From an uncultured Nocardioides sp. (GTDB taxonomy: Bacteria > Actinomycetota > Actinomycetes > Propionibacteriales > Nocardioidaceae), in assembly GCA_964544855.1 (NCBI GenBank), contig CAZJDU010000003.1, positions 8,545 through 72,544 of the forward strand: a stretch of DNA of 64,000 nt. The letters run 5' to 3'. Shown here piece by piece: positions 21,246 through 31,073 of this stretch; positions within the stretch are counted from its first letter, which is position 1, and every line of letters begins with the position of its first letter. The notes under the pieces were generated by a model. The model was not told the DNA's origin. It did not search any database and saw only the letters and a list, made by a program, of their open reading frames with translations. The position numbers and the translations under genes are program-made.

Positions 21246-22331
21246 ATGCAGATCGAGGGGTTCTGGGCAGTGGTGCCGGCGGGAGGCGCGGGGACGCGGT
21301 TGTGGCCGCTGTCGCGGTCGGCGTCACCGAAGTTCCTGCACGACCTGACCGGCGCCGGGCGCACCCTGTTGCAGCAGACCCACGACCGGCTGGCGCCGCT
21401 GGCCGGCGATCGCTTCCTCGTGGTCACCGGGCGGCCGCACGAGGAGGCGGTGCGTGCCCAGCTCGACGAGCTCGGGCCCGGAGCCGTGCTGACCGAGCCG
21501 TCACCACGGGACTCGATGGCCGCGATCGGGCTGGCGGCCGCCCACCTCGAGCGCCGCGCCCGCCGGACCGGCGAGGACCTGGTGATGGGCTCGTTCGCCG
21601 CCGATCACGTCATCACCGACGGCGACGCGTTCCGGGGGACGGTGGAGCACGCGATCACTGCGGCGCGCGACGGCCACCTCGTCACGATCGGGATCGAGCC
21701 CACCCATCCCAGTCCGGCCTTCGGCTACGTCCATGTCGGGGAGCCGCTCGCGGGCCACGACCAGGCACGGACGGTGGTCGAGTTCGTCGAGAAGCCGTCG
21801 GTCCAGGTCGCCGAGGAGTACGTCGCCTCCGGCCGCTACCGCTGGAACGCCGGCATGTTCGTGGTACGTCCCGGCGTCCTGCTCCAGCTGCTGCAGGAGC
21901 AGGACGCGGACTTCGCGATGGCGCTGCGCGCCATCGCCGCCGTCCCCGACCAGCTGGAGCAGATGTGGGACACGCTGCCGCGGATCGCGATCGACCATGC
22001 CGTGGCGGAGCCCGCCGCGGCCGCCGGACGCGTCGCGACCGTGCCGGGCAGCTTCGGGTGGGACGACGTCGGGGACTTCGACTCGATCGCCGGCCTGCTC
22101 GGCGCTCGCGAGGGGCTCCAGGTGCTCGGCGACCCCACCCAGGTCCTGGGGAAGGACGCATCGGGCGTGGTCGTGCCCGGCACCGGCCGCACGGTCGCCG
22201 TGGTCGGCCTCGAGGACGTCGTCGTGGTCGACACCGAGGACGCGATCCTCGTCACGACCCGTGACCGCGCGCAGGACGTGCGGCAGGTGGTCGCCGACCT
22301 GAAGCAGCGAGGCCGGGCCGACCTGACCTGA
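21246..22331 (+). CDS. manC: Mannose-1-phosphate guanylyltransferase
   Basis: AGGAGTRLWPLSR..PK, ADH, FVEKP, WNAGMF, WDDVG. Confidence 0.93.
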   Translation: MQIEGFWAVVPAGGAGTRLWPLSRSASPKFLHDLTGAGRTLLQQTHDRLAPLAGDRFLVVTGRPHEEAVRAQLDELGPGAVLTEPSPRDSMAAIGLAAAHLERRARRTGEDLVMGSFAADHVITDGDAFRGTVEHAITAARDGHLVTIGIEPTHPSPAFGYVHVGEPLAGHDQARTVVEFVEKPSVQVAEEYVASGRYRWNAGMFVVRPGVLLQLLQEQDADFAMALRAIAAVPDQLEQMWDTLPRIAIDHAVAEPAAAAGRVATVPGSFGWDDVGDFDSIAGLLGAREGLQVLGDPTQVLGKDASGVVVPGTGRTVAVVGLEDVVVVDTEDAILVTTRDRAQDVRQVVADLKQRGRADLT

Positions 22332-22364
22332 CCTGACTCCGGCCGAGGCACGACCCGGCCGGGC

Positions 22365-23267
22365 TCACATCGCGTCGGGCTCCGGGGTGTCGGAGTAGGG
22401 GTAGTCGAACATGAACGTCTGCAGCGCCTCGCCGCTCACCTCGGAGCAGTACTGCCGCACCGACTGGCCGTCGGCGGTCCAGTGCGTCAGGGCGATGTGC
22501 TGGTCCTCGGGGAACTGACCGCCCGACTCGGCCGCCTTCTCGGCCTCCTCGAGCGCCGACCGGGCGTCGTCGAGCTGCTGCTGAGCGGACTTCTCGTCCT
22601 TCTTCGACGCATCCTCGACGGCCTTCTCGGCGGCCGTGACGGCGTCCTCGGCTGCGGTGACCGCGGCATCGAGCGACGCGGCGACCTCCTCGGCGTCCTC
22701 CGAGGTCCACGGGACCGCCTTGAACTTGTTGCGCCCGTTGGTGTCGTTGGCGTCCATGATGTCGGCGATCTTCTGGATCTGCGCGACCTGACCGTCGTCG
22801 TCGGCGACCGTCGCGTCGTACCAGAGGATGTTGTAGCCGTGCTCGGAGTTGTGCACGAGCTGCTCGAGCTCGGGGCGGTTGTTCTCGCTGTAGAACCGCT
22901 GGGACACCGGAGCGGGCGCGAAGCCGGCGATGTTCCAGTGGTCGCCGGTGGCGGGCGGCGCGTCCTCGTACTGGACCTGCTGGTTGCGCTCGACGTGGGT
23001 GTTGCCCGCCTGCGGCTCGGTGAGCACCTCCTGGCACACGTCGGCGCCGGCCCCGATCTCCTCGATCGTGTCACCGGTCAACGCGGCCTTGCGGATCGAC
23101 GTGGTCATCGGCTCCCACGCGGCGATCAGCACGATCCCGAGGGCGATGACGACGCAGACGCCCACGATGACCGCGCCCTGGCGCTTCTCGGCGCGCTTCT
23201 GCTGGCGCCGGACGTCATCGATGACCTTCTGGCGGTCCGTCTTGGCGGACTTGCTGGACTTGCCCAC
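22365..23267 (-). CDS. DUF3105 domain membrane-anchored protein
   Basis: Basic N-terminus + TM, PPATGDHW, LVHNSEHG..ILWYD, C-terminal PEP. Confidence 0.8.
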   Translation of the reverse strand: MGKSSKSAKTDRQKVIDDVRRQQKRAEKRQGAVIVGVCVVIALGIVLIAAWEPMTTSIRKAALTGDTIEEIGAGADVCQEVLTEPQAGNTHVERNQQVQYEDAPPATGDHWNIAGFAPAPVSQRFYSENNRPELEQLVHNSEHGYNILWYDATVADDDGQVAQIQKIADIMDANDTNGRNKFKAVPWTSEDAEEVAASLDAAVTAAEDAVTAAEKAVEDASKKDEKSAQQQLDDARSALEEAEKAAESGGQFPEDQHIALTHWTADGQSVRQYCSEVSGEALQTFMFDYPYSDTPEPDAM

Positions 23268-23315
23268 GGTGCGCGATCCCTCGGTGTCGGTCGGTTGGAG
23301 TGGAACGACGAGAGT

Positions 23316-24263
23316 CTACGGACTCCGCGGTCGCAACCTGAGGCCGGCACGGTCGGCGGCGCTCGGTGCCGGCACCCAGCCGTGAGCGAAACCCACCACG
23401 GTCGCCAGCTCGGCCTGCGCCTCGCTGCCCGTCACCGTGACAGCGTCGTCGTGGCCGGTGGCTGCGAGTCCGGCGCGGTGCAGCGCGGCGACGAGGTCGC
23501 CGGCGGTGACCGGCGCGCCGAACGGCACGTCGTCGCCGGCGGCTCGGGCGACGGCACGGACCACGGCCTCCCGGGCGCCGTACCCGAAGAGGTCCGTGCC
23601 CTCGTCCCGCACCAGCAGGGCCGAGCCGGTGCCGTGCTCACCGGGCTCGAGCACCAGGTCCGCACGGCCGCGGAGCACGGCGAACGGACGGCTGCCGAGC
23701 TTGCCGGAGGCGAGCTCGGCGGCTGAGGCGAGCTCATCGGCCACGGCGGGGGCGGTGACGGCCAGCTCGTTGCCGTGCTCGTCGACCCGACCGGCGTAGC
23801 TCTCGAGGACCCGCACGCCGGCGGCGCCGATGGCGATGTCGGTCTGCCCCTCGCGCCAGGCGCGGCCGGCGGTGTCGGTGACGACCACGCCCACGTTGTG
23901 ACCGGTCCGCTCCGCGATCGCCGTCCGCAGCGTTCGTGCCGAGGCATCGGGATCGCGGGGGAGGAGCAGCAGGGTGCCGGCCTGCACGTTGGAGGTGTCG
24001 ACACCGGCCGCCGCCATGGTGAGCCCGAGCTTGTTCCGCACGATGCGGGTCTCGCCGCGCTGGGCGACCAGTCGGGACGTCTCCGCGGTGACCCACGCGG
24101 CCCGGTCGCCGCTGACCTGCTGCCCCTCGGCCTTGCTGACCACCTTGCTCGTGACCGCGACGATGTCGCCGTCGGCGAGCTCGACCAACGGGAGCAGCGC
24201 GGCGGCGAGGTCGTCGCCGGGCAGGATCTCGGGCACGCCGTCGGGCGCGATGACCTGGAGCAT
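23316..24263 (-). CDS. fbiB: Coenzyme F420-0:L-glutamate ligase
   Basis: TSKVVSKAEG, AAGVDTSN, LLPRDPD, TDTAGRAWREGQTD; TGATG coupling with fbiA. Confidence 0.9.
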   Translation of the reverse strand: MLQVIAPDGVPEILPGDDLAAALLPLVELADGDIVAVTSKVVSKAEGQQVSGDRAAWVTAETSRLVAQRGETRIVRNKLGLTMAAAGVDTSNVQAGTLLLLPRDPDASARTLRTAIAERTGHNVGVVVTDTAGRAWREGQTDIAIGAAGVRVLESYAGRVDEHGNELAVTAPAVADELASAAELASGKLGSRPFAVLRGRADLVLEPGEHGTGSALLVRDEGTDLFGYGAREAVVRAVARAAGDDVPFGAPVTAGDLVAALHRAGLAATGHDDAVTVTGSEAQAELATVVGFAHGWVPAPSAADRAGLRLRPRSP

Positions 24264-25261
24264 CACCGCGCCCCCAACCCGATGGCTGCGGCAGCCATGG
24301 CCGCGGTGGCGTCGACGTCGGTCATCATCAGCGGTACGGCGGCGCAGCCGATCCCGGCCTCGACGACCGCGGCCACCTCGGCGGCATCGCTCTCGTCGAC
24401 CAGCCAGCCGTCGAGCACGCCGTCGGTGTCGCGGGCCCCGTAGTGCCGGGCGACCGCACCCGCGCTCACCTCGACGCCGATCGAGGTGAGCAGCTGCTGG
24501 GCCATGCCGCGCACGTGAGCGCCGCCGACGATGGGGGAGAGCCCCACGACCGGAGCGCTCGTGGCACGCAGCGCGTCGCGGATGCCGGGAACGCCGAGGA
24601 TCGTTCCGATCGAGACGACCGGGTTGGACGGGGGCAGCAGCACGATGTCCGCCTCCTCGATCGCGTCGACCACCCCAGGGGCAGGCGTCGCCTCGTCGAG
24701 GCCGACGACGACGATCGCCGCTGCCGGGGGCTCCGCGCGCAGTCGCACCCAGTACTCCTGGAAGTGCACGACCCGCTGGCCACTGGGCGATTCGGCGTCC
24801 GCGATCGCGACGTGGGTCTCGGCACGGTCGTCGGTCATCGGCAGCAGGCGCACACCGGGCTGCCATCGCCGGCAGAGCGCCTCGGTCACCTGCGAGAGCG
24901 GGTAGCCGGCATCCATCAGCTGGGTGCGAACCAGATGGGTGGCGACGTCACGGTCGCCGAGGCCGAACCAGGTCGGCTCCACGCCGTACGTCGCGAGCTC
25001 GTGCTTGATGCTCCAGGTCTCGTCGCGTCGCCCCCACCCGCGCTCCGGGTCGATGCCGTCGCCGAGCGTGTACATCACGGTGTCGAGGTCCGGGCAGACC
25101 TTGAGCCCGTGGATCCACCAGTCGTCGGCGGTGTTGGCGATCACGGTGATCTCGGCGTCGGGCGCGACGCCGGGCAGGGTGCCGGTCGCGATACCGTGGC
25201 GCAGGCCCTGCAGGAACCTCGCGCCACCCATGCCGCCGGACAGGACGGTCAGCTTCCTCAT
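24263..25261 (-). CDS. fbiA: 2-phospho-L-lactate/PEP transferase
   Basis: GGMGGARF, NTADD, PDLDTVMYTL, WFGLGDRD, HFQEYWV, PSNPVVSI. Confidence 0.95.
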   Translation of the reverse strand: MRKLTVLSGGMGGARFLQGLRHGIATGTLPGVAPDAEITVIANTADDWWIHGLKVCPDLDTVMYTLGDGIDPERGWGRRDETWSIKHELATYGVEPTWFGLGDRDVATHLVRTQLMDAGYPLSQVTEALCRRWQPGVRLLPMTDDRAETHVAIADAESPSGQRVVHFQEYWVRLRAEPPAAAIVVVGLDEATPAPGVVDAIEEADIVLLPPSNPVVSIGTILGVPGIRDALRATSAPVVGLSPIVGGAHVRGMAQQLLTSIGVEVSAGAVARHYGARDTDGVLDGWLVDESDAAEVAAVVEAGIGCAAVPLMMTDVDATAAMAAAAIGLGAR

Positions 25262-25395
25262 GGGGCCACTCTGCCGCAGCCGCCGCGCCGGCGACGCGGG
25301 GGACGGCACTCCCGAGCATCTCGCCGGGCGGCCACACGCCCGACCGCGGGGGTGCGGACGGGCGCAGTGGGGGAGGCTCTTTTAGCAGATCCGCC

Positions 25396-25427
25396 TTGAC
25401 TCTCGTGGCATGACATGCATGTAATTT
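25396..25427 (+). promoter_or_regulatory. Probable whiB promoter
   Basis: TTGACT ... TGTAATTT with ACATGCATGT palindrome at 25413-25422. Confidence 0.5.
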
Positions 25428-25484
25428 CACCAATGTCGTTCGGTCGCGGACGGCAGCACAGGGGGTCGAAAGGTGGCGGAAGCC

Positions 25485-25739
25485 ATGAGGGAACTGTTTC
25501 TCGTAGACGAGGAGACCGAGGATCTCGGGTGGCAGGAGCGCGCGTTGTGTGCGCAGACCGACCCAGAGGCGTTCTTCCCGGAGAAGGGCGGGTCGACGCG
25601 GGAGGCCAAGAAGGTCTGCCAGACCTGCGAGGTGCGCAACGAGTGCCTCGAGGCAGCGTTGATGAACGACGAGCGATTCGGCATCTGGGGCGGGCTGTCC
25701 GAGCGGGAGCGACGCAAGCTGAAGAAGCGCGCCGTCTGA
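25485..25739 (+). CDS. whiB: WhiB (WhiB2-type) Fe-S transcription factor
   Basis: WQERALCAQTDPEAFFPEKGGSTREAK, four Cys, GIWGG. Confidence 0.97.
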   Translation: MRELFLVDEETEDLGWQERALCAQTDPEAFFPEKGGSTREAKKVCQTCEVRNECLEAALMNDERFGIWGGLSERERRKLKKRAV

Positions 25740-25818
25740 CCGAAGGCCCTCGGCGACCGTGGGACGGGGGTCCCACGGATGCGGCCGCGTCACCCACGCG
25801 TCGGTAGGGTGTCCGATC

Positions 25819-28692
25819 GTGCCAGGGCCCAGTGGTGCCACCGACGTGGTGGCCGTTCTCGTCAGTCATGACGGCGCCACCTGGCTGCCGGCAGTGCTGC
25901 GTGGCCTGCGCCACCAGAGCGCGCCGATCTCCGGACTGGTGGCGGTCGACACCGGCAGCAAGGACGGCAGCGACCGGCTGATCGAGGAGACCTGGGGATC
26001 CCAGGTGACCCGGCTGCCCCGCGAGACCTCCTACCCACAGGCGATCCGCGCTGCGCTCGACACGCTCCGGGCCCAGGGGCGACGCCCCGAGTGGCTGTGG
26101 CTCCTCCACGACGACGCCAACCCTGCTCCAGGTGCGCTGTGGGAGCTGCTGACGGCGGCGGCGGAGCACCCCGAGGCCTCGATCCTCGGTCCGAAGCTGC
26201 GGGAGTGGCCGTCCCTGCGACGGCTGCTCGAGCTCGGGGTCACCATCAGCGGCACCGGCCGTCGCGAGACCGGCCTGGAGCGCGGGGAGTACGACCAGGG
26301 TCAGCACGACGAGATCCGTGAGGTGCTCGCGGTCAACTCCGCCGGGATGCTGATCCGGCGCGACGTGCTCGAGCAGCTCGGCGGCTTCGACGAGCAGCTC
26401 CCGATCTTCGGCAACGACATCGACCTGGGCTGGCGGGCCGCTGCGGCCGGCCGCACGACGATGATCGTGCCGCGCGCGGTGGTCTTCCATGCCGAGGCGG
26501 CGCACCGGGGGGTCCGCACGACGGCCCTCACCGGCCGGCACACGCACTACCAGGAGCGGCGGGCCGCGCTCTACACCCTGCTCGCCAACTGCCGTGGTCG
26601 CGTGCTGCCGTTCCGGGCCGTGCGGCTCCTGCTCGGATCGGTGCTGCGGATGCTCGGTTTCCTCCTGGTCCGCTCACCGGGGGAGGCGCTCGACGAGCTC
26701 GCCGCCGTCCTGTCCGTACTCGGCCGTCCGGGCCAGCTGCTGGCCGGCCGGCGCGACCGCCGGCGCGCGCACCGGGGCCGCGAGCCCGACCGGGACCGGG
26801 TGGCGCGGCTGCTCGCACCGTGGTGGCTGCCCTACCGGCACGGGTTGGACTTCGTGGGCGATCTCGTGGCCGCGGCGACCAACCAGGCCGCCGACGTCGC
26901 GGAACGGCGCCGCATCGCCGCCGCCGAGCGCGACCCGAGCCCGCCCGCACCGCGCCACAGCACGGACGAGGACGAGATCGAGGACACCGGTCTCGTGGTG
27001 CGGCTGCTCACCGACCCGGTCGCGGTCGTGATCGGTGTCGCGCTGGTCGCCTACCTCATCGGCTCGCGGGGCATCCTCGGCGCTCCGGAGGGTGGCGCGC
27101 TGTCCGCGCTGCCCGAGAGCGCTGCGCAGTGGTGGCGTCTCTACGCCGAGGCCAGCCACCCGCTCGGCTTCGGCACCGAGGTGCCCGCGCCGGCGTACGT
27201 GCCGGCGCTGGCGCTGCCGGCCGCCGTGCTCGGCCCGACGGCCACGATGACGTTCCTCTTCCTGCTCACCGCGCCGTTCGCGATGTGGGGAGCCTGGCGG
27301 TTCCTGCGGGTGGTCGGCCGACTCCTCAGCAGGTACGGCGCCCCGCGCTGGCTGCTGCTGTGGGGTTCGGCGACCTACGCGCTCGTGCCGCTCGTCTCGG
27401 GAGCGTGGGGAGGCGAGCGCTTCGGTGTGCTCGTCGCCGCGACGCTGCTGCCGTGGCTGGCGCACGCCGCCCTCGGGTTCGTCGACCCGGAGGCGTCGCG
27501 ACGATGGCTGGCGGCGTGGCGGTCTGCGTTGCTGCTGGCCCTGATGACCGCGTTCGCACCGGTCACCTGGTGGTGGTGCGCGGTGCTCCTCGCCGTCGGC
27601 GTCGGGGCGATGGCCCTGTTCGCACGGAGTGCGCTCGCCGACCGGACCACCTGGGGACCGCCCGTAGCGGGGCTCCTGACGTCGCTGCTGCTGCTCGTGC
27701 CGTGGTGGCTCCCGGCCCTGTGGCACGGCGCCGCGGGCGGCCTGGTGCTCGATGTCGGACGCTGGCCGACCGACGCCCTCGACGGGCTCCACCTCGCTCT
27801 CGGGCGGTTCGTCGACCTCGGCGCCCCGGCGTGGCTCGGGTGGGTGCTGCCGGTGCTGGCGCTCCTCGCGCTCGTGCCCCGGGCCTCCCGGATCCCGGTC
27901 GTGGCGTGCTGGCTCGCCGCCGCCGTGACGGCTCTGGTCGCCCTCCCGCTCGGCAGCATCAGCGTCGAGCTGCTCGGCGGCACGGGGCAGCAGCCCGGCC
28001 TCGGTGTGCTGGTCGTCGTGCTGCAGGCGTGCTGGGTGACCGCGACGGTGCTCGGGGGCCAGAGCGCGTTGGAGGCCGCCACACGGAGCCTTGCCCGCTC
28101 CGGCGTACTGGTCGTGACGGTCGGCGCGCTGCTGGTGCCGGTCGCCGGTCTGGTGTGGTTCGCCGTCTGGGGCAGCCAGGACCTCGCCGAGCCCGAGCCC
28201 AGCGACATCCCCGTCTACATGGCCGAGCGCGCCTCCTCCGACGACGAGGCCGGCATCCTGCTCATCCGCGGGAGCGTCCCGGAGGGGCTGACCTACCACG
28301 TGCAGCGAGGGTCCGGGACCTTCGTCGGGGAGGACGAGATCGAGGCGCTGAGTGCGGAGGACTCCGCGGCGACCGCGCTGGTCCGCGAGCTGGCGACCGC
28401 TCCGTCGCCGGAGGCGGTCCGTGGCCTGGCGGAGCGTGGGGTGGCCTACATCGTGATGCCGGCGCCGGTCGACGGCAACGTGGCGGCGCGGATCGACGCG
28501 ACCGGAGGGTTGCGCCGCGCCAGCACCGAGGACCGGGACACCCGCGCCTGGCGCATGGTGCGCGAGCCCGCCGAGGACGCCGTCGACGGCGACCGGTCGT
28601 GGGTGCGGGTCGTGCTGCTCGCGCTGCAGGCCGTCGCAGTGCCGGCTGTGGTGGTGCTGAGCCTGCCGAGCATCGGGAGGACGCGGCGATGA
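25819..28692 (+). CDS. GT2 glycosyltransferase with large multi-TM C-terminal region
   Basis: VSHDG..WL, VDTGS, WLWLLHDD, DIDLGWR; conserved whiB neighbour. Confidence 0.85.
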   Translation: MPGPSGATDVVAVLVSHDGATWLPAVLRGLRHQSAPISGLVAVDTGSKDGSDRLIEETWGSQVTRLPRETSYPQAIRAALDTLRAQGRRPEWLWLLHDDANPAPGALWELLTAAAEHPEASILGPKLREWPSLRRLLELGVTISGTGRRETGLERGEYDQGQHDEIREVLAVNSAGMLIRRDVLEQLGGFDEQLPIFGNDIDLGWRAAAAGRTTMIVPRAVVFHAEAAHRGVRTTALTGRHTHYQERRAALYTLLANCRGRVLPFRAVRLLLGSVLRMLGFLLVRSPGEALDELAAVLSVLGRPGQLLAGRRDRRRAHRGREPDRDRVARLLAPWWLPYRHGLDFVGDLVAAATNQAADVAERRRIAAAERDPSPPAPRHSTDEDEIEDTGLVVRLLTDPVAVVIGVALVAYLIGSRGILGAPEGGALSALPESAAQWWRLYAEASHPLGFGTEVPAPAYVPALALPAAVLGPTATMTFLFLLTAPFAMWGAWRFLRVVGRLLSRYGAPRWLLLWGSATYALVPLVSGAWGGERFGVLVAATLLPWLAHAALGFVDPEASRRWLAAWRSALLLALMTAFAPVTWWWCAVLLAVGVGAMALFARSALADRTTWGPPVAGLLTSLLLLVPWWLPALWHGAAGGLVLDVGRWPTDALDGLHLALGRFVDLGAPAWLGWVLPVLALLALVPRASRIPVVACWLAAAVTALVALPLGSISVELLGGTGQQPGLGVLVVVLQACWVTATVLGGQSALEAATRSLARSGVLVVTVGALLVPVAGLVWFAVWGSQDLAEPEPSDIPVYMAERASSDDEAGILLIRGSVPEGLTYHVQRGSGTFVGEDEIEALSAEDSAATALVRELATAPSPEAVRGLAERGVAYIVMPAPVDGNVAARIDATGGLRRASTEDRDTRAWRMVREPAEDAVDGDRSWVRVVLLALQAVAVPAVVVLSLPSIGRTRR

Positions 28693-30122
28693 CCGAGCAA
28701 CCAGGACCACAGCGCGCCGGCAGCCGCGCGGGCGCCCGACGGACCCGTGCCCGCGCGCCGCGCCGCCTCGACGTGCTCGTGGTCCTCGCCATGGTGCTGC
28801 CGAGCATCGTCGTGGTCGGGCTCGCCCTGCTCGATCCCGACGAGTCATCGGTCTCGCCCGCGCCGCCGACCCGGGCCAGGCTGGCGGAGTCGACCGTCGT
28901 GTGCCCGTCGCCGGTCACCCGCGGTGCCGGCGAGGTCCGGGTCACCCGTGACCCCCGCGGCGACGGCGGGGAGGTCGAGGCCCGGAGCGCCCGGGGCAAC
29001 GGCAGCCTGCGCAAGCCGCAGACGGTGGAGGCCGGCGAGGGCCTGACCACGGTCCCCGACAGCGGCTCCGCGACCGTTGTCACCGGGACCGGCGACGCGG
29101 CCCCGGGTCTGGTGGCCGGGCGCGACGAGCCCGGGGCGTCCGCGGAGTGCGGCCAGCCGTGGTACGACGAGTGGTTCGTCGGACTCGGAGCGGCGGCCCG
29201 GCACGCCTCGACCATCGAGCTGGTGAACCCCGACGGAGCGCCGGCCGTGGTCAACGTCGACGTGCACGGCGAGGACGGGCTGCTGCCGGACGCGTCGTGG
29301 CGCGGGATCACGGTGCCGGGTCGCTCCGTGCGACGGATCGACCTCGCGGAGCGTCCGGTCCGCACCACGGTGTCCGCGCACGTCACGGTCACCCGGGGCC
29401 GGGTCGCGGCCGCGGCCCGCCACACCTTCGACCAGCTGGGGCGCGGCCGGGCGACGAGCGACCACGTGCCGGCCCAGCCGGCCGCTGCGGTCGATCAGCT
29501 GCTGCTCGGCGTCCCCCAGCGCGGCACGCAGCGCTCGCTCTTCGTCACCAACCCGGGCGAGGACGAGGTGCGGGCCACCGTCCGGGTCGTGACCGCAGAC
29601 TCGACCTTCGCTCCGGCCGACGGGAGCGAGATCGTGGTGCCGCCGCAGTCGGCACGCGAGGTGCCGCTCGCCGCGCTCCTCGACGGCCAGGCGGCCGCGG
29701 GGATGCTGGGGCTGCAGGTCCGCGGGACGGGTCCGGTGCTCGCCGGGGTCCGGGCGGTCGTCGACGGCGACCTGACCACGGTCGCCCCGGTGACGTCGTA
29801 CGACGAGGCCGCCGCGGTGGCGATCGTGCCGGGGGGCGCGCAACAGCTGCTGCTCGGCGCGGCGGAGCGCGCCGGGGTCGTGCGCATCACGGCGAGCGCG
29901 GCCGGTGGACGGACGATCTGGGACCGGCGCCGGGTGGAGATCTCCGAGGGCCGGGCGGTGGCGGTGGACCTGCCGGCCGGCGCGGAACGGCTGGTCGTCG
30001 AGCCGCGCAGCACGCCGGTGGCCGGCACCGTCCTCTCCGAGGACGGTGGCATCGGCCAGCAGCGACTGGTGCTCGCCCGGGTCGACGCCGACGTCCCTGT
30101 GGTGCGTCCCGCTCTCCGATGA
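28689..30122 (+). CDS. DUF5719 family secreted/membrane-anchored protein
   Basis: TM anchor, paired Cys, WFVG..LVNP; ATGA overlap with upstream GT. Confidence 0.75.
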   Translation: MTEQPGPQRAGSRAGARRTRARAPRRLDVLVVLAMVLPSIVVVGLALLDPDESSVSPAPPTRARLAESTVVCPSPVTRGAGEVRVTRDPRGDGGEVEARSARGNGSLRKPQTVEAGEGLTTVPDSGSATVVTGTGDAAPGLVAGRDEPGASAECGQPWYDEWFVGLGAAARHASTIELVNPDGAPAVVNVDVHGEDGLLPDASWRGITVPGRSVRRIDLAERPVRTTVSAHVTVTRGRVAAAARHTFDQLGRGRATSDHVPAQPAAAVDQLLLGVPQRGTQRSLFVTNPGEDEVRATVRVVTADSTFAPADGSEIVVPPQSAREVPLAALLDGQAAAGMLGLQVRGTGPVLAGVRAVVDGDLTTVAPVTSYDEAAAVAIVPGGAQQLLLGAAERAGVVRITASAAGGRTIWDRRRVEISEGRAVAVDLPAGAERLVVEPRSTPVAGTVLSEDGGIGQQRLVLARVDADVPVVRPALR

Positions 30123-30159
30123 GCGGACCGCAGGAGCGACCCGTCCGCGGGCAGGTGGG

Positions 30160-30618
30160 TCAGGTCTCGGGATAGCGCGGGTCGACCTCGGTCGGCGGGA
30201 TGCCCAGCAGGTCGGAGATCTGCTCCACGACCACGGTGAGCACCATCGCGCCCAGGTCGGCCCGGTCGCGCGAGCGATGCTCGATCGGGCGGCGGAAGAC
30301 GACCAGCCGCGTCGGGCGGCTCCCGGTCGCCCGCACCAGCGAGGACAGCGGGATCGTCGCTGAGTCCCAGTCGTCCGGCAGCTGCGGCGTGTCCTCCACG
30401 GCGTACTCGATCGCGCCCAGCTGATGCGACCAGGTGTCGTCGATCTCGGAGACCACCTCGAGCACCAGCTGGTCGAAGACCTCCCGGTCGGTGCGTGGCC
30501 GGGGTGGTCGGTGCCCCGGCGCGAGCGGCAGCACGGCCGGGCCGCGCATGCCCCGGCCGCGACGATCCCGGCGGTTCCGGGGGCGGCCCGCGGCGTCGGG
30601 CGGATCAGCCTGCTGCAC
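30160..30618 (-). CDS. Zincin-like metallopeptidase family protein
   Basis: RDRRGRGMRGP, AVEDTP, VFRRPIE, VVVEQ..LLG..P.EVDP. Confidence 0.8.
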   Translation of the reverse strand: MQQADPPDAAGRPRNRRDRRGRGMRGPAVLPLAPGHRPPRPRTDREVFDQLVLEVVSEIDDTWSHQLGAIEYAVEDTPQLPDDWDSATIPLSSLVRATGSRPTRLVVFRRPIEHRSRDRADLGAMVLTVVVEQISDLLGIPPTEVDPRYPET

Positions 30619-30669
30619 GATCAGCGAGCCTATCGGCCACCGCTGGCCGCGACCGGTACCGTCTGCGGC

Positions 30670-31038
30670 GTGAGTCTGGCCCGGCGCTGTTCCCGTACCG
30701 CGTGCGACCGTGCCGCGGTGGCGACGCTGACCTATGTGTACGCCGATCAGACGGCGGTCCTCGGCCCGCTGGCGACCTACGCAGAACCGCACGCCTACGA
30801 CCTGTGCGACTTCCACAGTGATCGGCTGTCGGCCCCCCGGGGCTGGGAGGTGCTGCGGCTGGCCACGGAGCCCGCCGATCCCCAGCCCAGCGAGGACGAC
30901 CTCCTCGCGCTCGCGAACGCCGTGCGCGAGGCGGCCCGGCCGATCCAGGCACCGCCGGAGCCACCGCCCGAGCCGGAGCCGGAGGGCAGCCGCGAGGTGA
31001 CCCGGCGCGGCCATCTCCGCGTGCTCAGCACCGACTGA
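30670..31038 (+). CDS. DUF3499 domain protein
   Basis: RCSRTAC..AVATLTYVYADQTAVLGPL..EPHAYDLC..H, RRGHLRV. Confidence 0.9.
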   Translation: MSLARRCSRTACDRAAVATLTYVYADQTAVLGPLATYAEPHAYDLCDFHSDRLSAPRGWEVLRLATEPADPQPSEDDLLALANAVREAARPIQAPPEPPPEPEPEGSREVTRRGHLRVLSTD

Positions 31039-31073
31039 GCCCATCCGCCCCCACATGCCCTAGGGTCTGCTCC

